Origin: Gemmatimonadaceae bacterium
GTDB lineage: Bacteria; Gemmatimonadota; Gemmatimonadetes; Gemmatimonadales; Gemmatimonadaceae
Assembly (NCBI GenBank): GCA_044224875.1
Contig: JBGAJQ010000043.1
Span: forward strand, 1-46,023
Direction of reading: 5' to 3'
DNA length: 46,023 bases
The position numbers were made by a program, and so were the translations under genes. Positions 38,914-46,023 of this stretch are shown one piece after another (within the stretch, counting starts at the first letter, position 1; every line of letters starts with the position of its first letter). The notes under the pieces were generated by a model. That model ran no database searches and was not told where the DNA came from. It was given only the letters and a program-made list of their open reading frames with translations.

Positions 38914-39018
38914 GTGAAGGATGTACCGCCCAAACCTCGATCCGTCCAGCGCGTCACAAGACGTTCTCGGCTCGAAACGCGCCAGTGCGGACGGCGGAAG
39001 AAACCTCCGCTCGCGTGC

Positions 39019-40482
<1,464 letters not shown>

Positions 40483-40668
40483 GTCAGCGGCGTGAGAAGG
40501 AAGTGGACAGTATGCAGACGGCCGGACGGGCGAACTGCGGGTGTGAAGGCGCGCGACGGGCGCGTGATTGGGAGTGGCGGATGAACTTAGTGCGTCAGCG
40601 CGAGAGCATTGGAGGTGAGACGGCCGCGGTGCGCGCTGTCCCATCCCCCCTTCCCCGCTCCCTCCGTC

Positions 40669-41217
40669 TTACGCCGTCGGCTCGAGAATCGTGATGTTCG
40701 TGTTCGTGTAGACGCAGATCTCGCCGGCAATCGTTAGGGCGCGTCGGACGATTTCCCCGGGTGGCAAGTCGGTCGACGCCACCAGGGCACGCGCCGCAGC
40801 CAGGGCGTAGCTTCCGCCAGAACCGATGGCGAGGATCCCGTCGTCAGGCTCAATGATCTCGCCGGTTCCGGACAGGACGAATCCGTGGTCCCGGTCGCAC
40901 ACGATCAACAGGGCCTCCAGCCGCCGCAGCACCCGGTCACTCCGCCACTCCTTCGCCAGCTCCACCGCCGCCTTGGGGAGATTGTTCGGGAAGCGTTCCA
41001 GCTTCTCCTCGAACTTCTCGAACAGTGTGAACGCGTCGGCGGCTGCGCCGGCAAACCCGGCCAGCAACCGGCCCCCGGAGAGCGCTCGCACCTTCTGGGC
41101 GTTGGACTTCATTACCGTGTCGCCGACGGTCACCTGCCCGTCCCCACCAAGGGCGACCTTTCCGTTCCGCCGCACCGCCAGAATGGTGGTGGCGCGGACG
41201 ACTTGATCTGCTCGCAT
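40669..41217 (-). CDS. hslV: ATP-dependent protease peptidase subunit HslV
   Basis: TTILAVRR after a short propeptide, GDGQVT, AIGSGG and ICVYTN. Confidence 0.96.
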   Translation of the reverse strand: MRADQVVRATTILAVRRNGKVALGGDGQVTVGDTVMKSNAQKVRALSGGRLLAGFAGAAADAFTLFEKFEEKLERFPNNLPKAAVELAKEWRSDRVLRRLEALLIVCDRDHGFVLSGTGEIIEPDDGILAIGSGGSYALAAARALVASTDLPPGEIVRRALTIAGEICVYTNTNITILEPTA

Positions 41218-41252
41218 GGATTGAAGCTAATCGGCCGCGGACGGCCCAGCCC

Positions 41253-41501
41253 CTAGCGGGGCAGTCCACCCCTGGAGCTGGACCGATCCCGGGCGGTGGC
41301 GGAGGCCGCCGACCCGAATGTCGGATGCTCCCTGGTCTTCGTGATCGGCCGCTCGAGATCGTGTAAGGTAGGAGTCATGGCGCCGTCCACCTCTCGCTCT
41401 AAAGCCGGCTGCGAACGAAGGCGTCGAACGACCCGATACGAGATAACCCCAAATGAGGCAACGACGATGGCCAGCAGCGCTTGAGTCAGCGATTGCGACA
41501 C
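41253..41501 (-). CDS. Putative small single-pass membrane protein (82 aa)
   Basis: GAGGA 5 nt upstream of GTG 41501. Hydrophobic ALLAIVVASFGVISY is followed by basic RVVRRLR. Confidence 0.35.
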   Translation of the reverse strand: MSQSLTQALLAIVVASFGVISYRVVRRLRSQPALEREVDGAMTPTLHDLERPITKTREHPTFGSAASATARDRSSSRGGLPR

Positions 41502-41611
41502 GGACGTCCTCTGTTGAGAGACAGACCACCGATCAGCGCCAACGAAGATAATGAGTGACATGTCCACGTTATAGCCCTGCTCGCTAAACTCGTCGACGAT
41601 GTCTTCGCGCC

Positions 41612-42733
41612 TCAGGCTCGGGGGTGCGCCTTTCGATAGACCTGCTTCAGTCGGTCGACGCTGGTGTGCGTGTAGATCTGCGTAGTGGAAATGGACGCGT
41701 GGCCAAGGAGCTCCTGAACCGACCGCAGGTCCGCTCCGCCATCCAGCAGGTGCGTGGCGAAGGTGTGACGGAGCGAGTGCGTGGACAGGCCTGCGTCCTC
41801 ATCCACCTGCGACAGAAAGCGGGTGACCATGTCCTGGATCGTCCGTCGGCTGAGACGCTTGCCGCGGTCACTCAGGAAGAACGCCTGACGATCGACGGTG
41901 TTGCCTGCACCGTCACCGCGCCGTGAACGCGAGAATTCGTCGCGTTTGGCCTCGTAGTTTCGGAGCGCTCGGAGGGCGTGGTCGCCGATGGGCAGGATGC
42001 GCTCCTTGCGTCCCTTTCCTCGGACCTTGACCTGCTGGGACACCAGGTCGAGATCGCGGAGGTTGATGCCGTGCAGCTCCGACAAGCGCATGCCGGTGGA
42101 ATAGAACAGCTCCAACACCGCCAGGTTGCGCACGTGGCGGAACGTCCCTTCCCAGGCCCGCGATTCGGCGGCGCCCAGCACCGTCTCGATCTGGCGGCGA
42201 TCGAGGTATGCCGGAAGGTGGGCATCCAACTTTGGCGACGAGACGGCACGGGCAGGGTTCGCCGCCACCACACCCTCGCGGTGCAAGAACCGGAAGAAGG
42301 AGCGGACCGCCGATAGGGCGCGCGCCGTTGAGCGCTTGCCCAAGCGGAGGCGCGTCAGGTAACCCAGGAACCCGCGCAGCGTCAGTCGATCGACCGCTGT
42401 CCACTCGTACGAGGAGGTCCCATGGTAATGCGCAAGAAACTCCACGAACCGCGACAAGTCGCGGGTGTAGGCCGCCAGTGTGTGGGGAGAGACGTCGCGT
42501 TCCTTCTCGAGGTGCAGCAGGAAGTCCCGTAGCGCGGGGGGGGCCGGCAGGTCGTGGGTCGCTGGCGAGCCGTCCAACCTTTCGTCAGGTCCACCGTCAG
42601 CTGCGGCGAGCTCGGCTTCCTGCGACGCCATGGTGCGCGACGATCGGCCACGCCGTTGGGAGTGGTCACCGGACGTCGATCCAGTCGCGGCGGCGTCAGC
42701 GGGCGTGGTGCCGCGCATCCGGCGCGCCATCAT
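41612..42733 (-). CDS. xerC: Tyrosine recombinase XerC
   Basis: SPHTLAAY, GMRLSEL (R), KGRKER, HSLRHTFATHLL and LGH...TQIYTH. Conserved trmFO-xerC-hslVU context. Start is ATG 42733 (ATGA overlap) or 42631. Confidence 0.9.
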   Translation of the reverse strand: MMARRMRGTTPADAAATGSTSGDHSQRRGRSSRTMASQEAELAAADGGPDERLDGSPATHDLPAPPALRDFLLHLEKERDVSPHTLAAYTRDLSRFVEFLAHYHGTSSYEWTAVDRLTLRGFLGYLTRLRLGKRSTARALSAVRSFFRFLHREGVVAANPARAVSSPKLDAHLPAYLDRRQIETVLGAAESRAWEGTFRHVRNLAVLELFYSTGMRLSELHGINLRDLDLVSQQVKVRGKGRKERILPIGDHALRALRNYEAKRDEFSRSRRGDGAGNTVDRQAFFLSDRGKRLSRRTIQDMVTRFLSQVDEDAGLSTHSLRHTFATHLLDGGADLRSVQELLGHASISTTQIYTHTSVDRLKQVYRKAHPRA

Positions 42734-44103
42734 GGTGCGACTCCCACGCCGCCATTCACCGGCTGCACTCGGTTCGTCGCACACCACGCCTCCAGGGCGC
42801 CTAACGCTCGCTCTGCCATCAGCTCCTTGCGGCGTCGCTTGTCCCGCGTGGGAACATCGAGTTCGTCCAGCAGCCCAAAGTTGGCATTCATGGGCTGAAA
42901 GTGTTTCGGGTCGCTTTCACGGAGAAAGCGGTACAAGGCCCCCAACATGGTCAGGGGTGGCGGCACCAATGGCTCCTCACCGGCAAGCAGACGCGCCAGG
43001 TTCAACCCGGCCATCAAGCCGGTGGCGGCGCTCTCCGTGTACCCTTCCACACCAGTGATCTGGCCCGCAACCAGCGATCTGGGATCATCGCGCAATGACA
43101 GGTGGGCAGACAACACGGCCGGCGCATTCAGGTACGAATTGCGATGGATGGACCCGAACCGCAGGAATTCGGCGTCGCCCAATCCCGGGATCGTGCGGAA
43201 CACCCGCTGCTGCTCCGGGATGCGCAGCCGAGTCTGGAACCCGACCAGGTTCCACATCCGCCCGCCGCGGTCTTCCATGCGCAGCTGCACCACCGCGTAC
43301 GGCGCGCGTCCCGTGCGCGGATCGCGGAGGCCCACCGGCTTCATCGGACCGAATCGCAGTGACTCGCGGCCGCGCCTGGCGATCTCCTCCACCGGCATGC
43401 ATCCCTCGAAGTAGGGGACGGCATCGAAGTCGTGTCCGTGGTGCTGATCGGCTGCCCCTAACGCATCGAGAAACGCCTCGTACTCATCGCGGGTCATGGG
43501 GCAGTTCAGGTACGCCCCTTCGCCACCCGCTCCATCCATGGTCTCCTTCCCGTACCGAGAGGCGCGGAAGGCGATCGTCAGGTCGATCGACTCGAAGCTC
43601 ACGATGGGCGCGATGGCGTCGTAGAAGGCGAGCGCCGAGGCGCCCAAGCGCGCGCTCATGGCCGATGTAAGGCGTTCCGACGTCAGTGGGCCTGTGGCCA
43701 CGATCCCCGGCGACGGCAGCGCCACCACTTCTTCGCGGACCAGCTCCACCAGGGGATGCGACGTGACCCGCGAAGTCACGGCCGCCGAAAACACGTCACG
43801 GTCCACCGTGAGGGCGGTGCCACCCGGTACACGGGCTTCGTCAGCCGCAACAAGTATCATGGACCCGAGCCGGCGCATTTCGGCCTTGAGGAGCCCGTGT
43901 GCGTTGGAGGTCTCGGTGCTCTTGAAGGTGTTGGAGCAGACCAGCTCCGCCAGCCGTTCCGTCTTGTGCGCAGGCGTGCCATGCAGCGGCCGCATCTCAT
44001 GCAGCCGCACCGGAATGCCCCGCTGGGCGAGCTGCCACGCCGCTTCGCTCCCGGCCAGGCCACCGCCGACGACGGAGACCGGTGTCACTGCCAAAGTGCC
44101 CAT
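42730..44103 (-). CDS. trmFO: Methylenetetrahydrofolate--tRNA-(uracil-5-)-methyltransferase
   Basis: GGGLAGSEAAWQ, ELVCSN, FYDAIAP, YFEGCMP, FGPMKPVGL, AGQITGVEGY and FQPMNANFG. Confidence 0.96.
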   Translation of the reverse strand: MGTLAVTPVSVVGGGLAGSEAAWQLAQRGIPVRLHEMRPLHGTPAHKTERLAELVCSNTFKSTETSNAHGLLKAEMRRLGSMILVAADEARVPGGTALTVDRDVFSAAVTSRVTSHPLVELVREEVVALPSPGIVATGPLTSERLTSAMSARLGASALAFYDAIAPIVSFESIDLTIAFRASRYGKETMDGAGGEGAYLNCPMTRDEYEAFLDALGAADQHHGHDFDAVPYFEGCMPVEEIARRGRESLRFGPMKPVGLRDPRTGRAPYAVVQLRMEDRGGRMWNLVGFQTRLRIPEQQRVFRTIPGLGDAEFLRFGSIHRNSYLNAPAVLSAHLSLRDDPRSLVAGQITGVEGYTESAATGLMAGLNLARLLAGEEPLVPPPLTMLGALYRFLRESDPKHFQPMNANFGLLDELDVPTRDKRRRKELMAERALGALEAWCATNRVQPVNGGVGVAP

Positions 44104-44384
44104 GTGGGGAACTATAGCGATCTACCCCGAGGAGACCGAGCCCTCGAGCGAGCCACGCCGCGTGCTGGCTGCTGCGCCTCGGGCCGTCCAAGGCCGCGAG
44201 CCCGTCGGAGAAGACCCGTCGGTTTTGCAGCAGACAGATGCCGGAGAACGCGGCGGCCACCGAGAGGGACGTGATTGATCGTGGGGTAGCGCCCGAGAGG
44301 TTAGCTTTCCGCGGACCTAGGGCCTCGTACGACGATCGTGGTCGCGCACGAGGCGAGCGCCTTCACTGAACTTGCCCTGCGCAC

Positions 44385-46023
44385 ATGGCGTTGAACTCGC
44401 CAGCGATGGTCGCGCGCCCGCCCGCCGACGTCACACCCGGCGGGCCTTTCTTCACGACCCAGGGGGATCAGGATCGCGGGGGCTTTCGGTCGCATGGCGT
44501 TTGGTGGGCCGCGCTCCTCCCCTTCGCGATCATGCTGTGGCGTCACTGGAATTGGCCCCCCGCCGACGACGCGGGAGACTACGCGCAGTATTTGCTCCAC
44601 GCCAAGGCGTTGGTTGAGCTGCGTCCGTACGCGGAAACCGGATACCTCTTCCACCCGGCCGCGTGGGTGGTGGGGCCTCCCACCTATCCCCCGGGACTCC
44701 CGCTCACGCTCGCTCCGCTGGTGGCCATCGGCGGCGTGCACTCGCCACTCGTGTCGTGGCTTATGCCGCTGTCCCTGCTGCTGTTCGCGTGGTGTGCCTA
44801 TCGCCACCTAACGATGTTTGTTCCGCGGTGGATCGGCGGAACGGCCATCGCCATGAGCCTGCTCGCCATCGAAGCCAGCGGGTACACGCGCGTTCCGATC
44901 TCCGACCCGGGCTTCTGCGCGCTCGTTTGGGGATGCTTGTGGGCGGCGGACGCCCGGTCCAACTGGGATTGGCCACAGGTCGTCCTCGTCACACTGCTCG
45001 GATTCGGCGCGATGGGGTATCGGATCGCCGGCGTGGCGCTCATTCCGGCGCTCATGTTGCACGCCGTGCTGACGTGGTCACGCCATCGCGGGCGGGCGCT
45101 CATTCCGGCAGTGCTCTGGAGCGCCGTTGGCCTGATGGTGCTGTCCCTGGGCGGCGGCGCCGGTGCGACGCCATCGATCAATTCCATGGGCAAGCTGCCG
45201 AACTGGATCTCCTTCTCTGCCTCGCTCTACCGCGTGGCGTTCTTCGAGATCGAGCTGTATCCCGTCAGCAGCAACCTCTTGAACGACGTCTACCACCTGG
45301 TGGCATCGCTTGTGGCGCTGTTTGGCGTTGCCTGGTTGGCCTGGCGCATGCGCGCCTCCTTGCTGGCCTCGTTCGGCGTCGCGTACGTGATCATGCTGAT
45401 TGCGGTACCGGTTGCCGAACCACGATACCTCTGGCCGTTCTTTCCCGTCATCGCGGCCGGACTGCTGTGCGGCGCTCACCGATTCGTCGAGCGCTTCGTT
45501 CTTAGGCAACGGGTGCCTGCGCTCACAAGCCGACGCGCCGCGCTCCCCGTCGCCACCTTGGCCGTCGCCGTTCTCCTTGGCGCGCTCTGGCAACAATGGC
45601 GCGAACCTGCGCCTCAGACACGCCTGGCGTCCAACAGCGCCACCGCGCTGTTTGCCTGGCTTCGCGCGCAGCACGCCCTTACGCCCCTGCGCGTTGTGTA
45701 CGAGAACCCGCGGGTGGTCACGCTCGAAAGTGGCGTGCCCGCGATGGGCGACGTGGCCCGCTCGCCTAACGGGCACCTTGCGGCCTACCGCGAGATGGGG
45801 ATCACCCACCTCATTGTCGACCGCGATGGCGACGGCGACTGTCTCCAGCGGATCGCCAACCACCTGCCGGTTTCGCATCCGGAGCAATTTGCGCTCGCCT
45901 ACGAGAACGAGGTGTTTCGCGTCTACCGGTATCAGGCGACTGGCGGTGATCCGGGCCCGTTCCAGTCGATCAACTACGCGCGCATCGAGCAGTGGTGTGA
46001 GGAGCACCCGGACCAGATCTCAC
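44385..46023 (+). CDS. Polytopic membrane protein, GT-C (ArnT/GT83/GT39-like) glycosyltransferase; 3' end beyond window
   Basis: Read manually (absent from the ORF track because there is no stop in the window). In-frame stop at 44367, ATG at 44385, then DDAGDYAQYLLHAKAL, YPPGLP, SDPGF, about 10 TMs, EPRYLWP and a soluble C-terminal domain. Confidence 0.7.
   Translation, partial: MALNSPAMVARPPADVTPGGPFFTTQGDQDRGGFRSHGVWWAALLPFAIMLWRHWNWPPADDAGDYAQYLLHAKALVELRPYAETGYLFHPAAWVVGPPTYPPGLPLTLAPLVAIGGVHSPLVSWLMPLSLLLFAWCAYRHLTMFVPRWIGGTAIAMSLLAIEASGYTRVPISDPGFCALVWGCLWAADARSNWDWPQVVLVTLLGFGAMGYRIAGVALIPALMLHAVLTWSRHRGRALIPAVLWSAVGLMVLSLGGGAGATPSINSMGKLPNWISFSASLYRVAFFEIELYPVSSNLLNDVYHLVASLVALFGVAWLAWRMRASLLASFGVAYVIMLIAVPVAEPRYLWPFFPVIAAGLLCGAHRFVERFVLRQRVPALTSRRAALPVATLAVAVLLGALWQQWREPAPQTRLASNSATALFAWLRAQHALTPLRVVYENPRVVTLESGVPAMGDVARSPNGHLAAYREMGITHLIVDRDGDGDCLQRIANHLPVSHPEQFALAYENEVFRVYRYQATGGDPGPFQSINYARIEQWCEEHPDQIS

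Noticed and set aside
41612..42733. Phage or ICE integrase marking a mobile element
   Set aside because: It is housekeeping XerC in the conserved trmFO-xerC-hslVU context. No att sites, tRNA or mobility genes were seen.

Overview
High-GC bacterial chromosomal segment; gene content and style suggest Gemmatimonadota (inference, not verified). It has four blocks. (1) 13-10404: a translationally coupled 7-gene operon (two different LpxB-like GT-B proteins, a DUF2334-type deacetylase, a membrane GT2, a GNAT, an MsbA-like ABC exporter, a soluble GT2) facing a convergent pair (outer-membrane beta-barrel plus extended SDR). Several of these resemble otherwise cyanobacterial-type families of unknown function. 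This is the best candidate for an undescribed glycolipid/envelope synthesis-export system. (2) 10610-31264: a Wzx/Wzy-dependent surface polysaccharide locus (OPX/SLBB exporter, Wzz-like, Wzy, Wzx, two GT4, PglC-like, PglF-like) with many tailoring enzymes: two AsnB-type amidotransferases, two methyltransferases, a split transketolase and an aldo/keto reductase. (3) 31344-38913: idi, a Zn metalloprotease, an orphan gene, and a FabH-acyltransferase-MFS unit. (4) 39019-46023: the housekeeping trmFO-xerC-hslV-hslU cluster with an inserted small ORF, then a divergent GT-C-type membrane protein truncated by the window edge. No RNA genes, CRISPR arrays or mobile elements were recognised. Family names come from motif recognition by eye, not from database searches.
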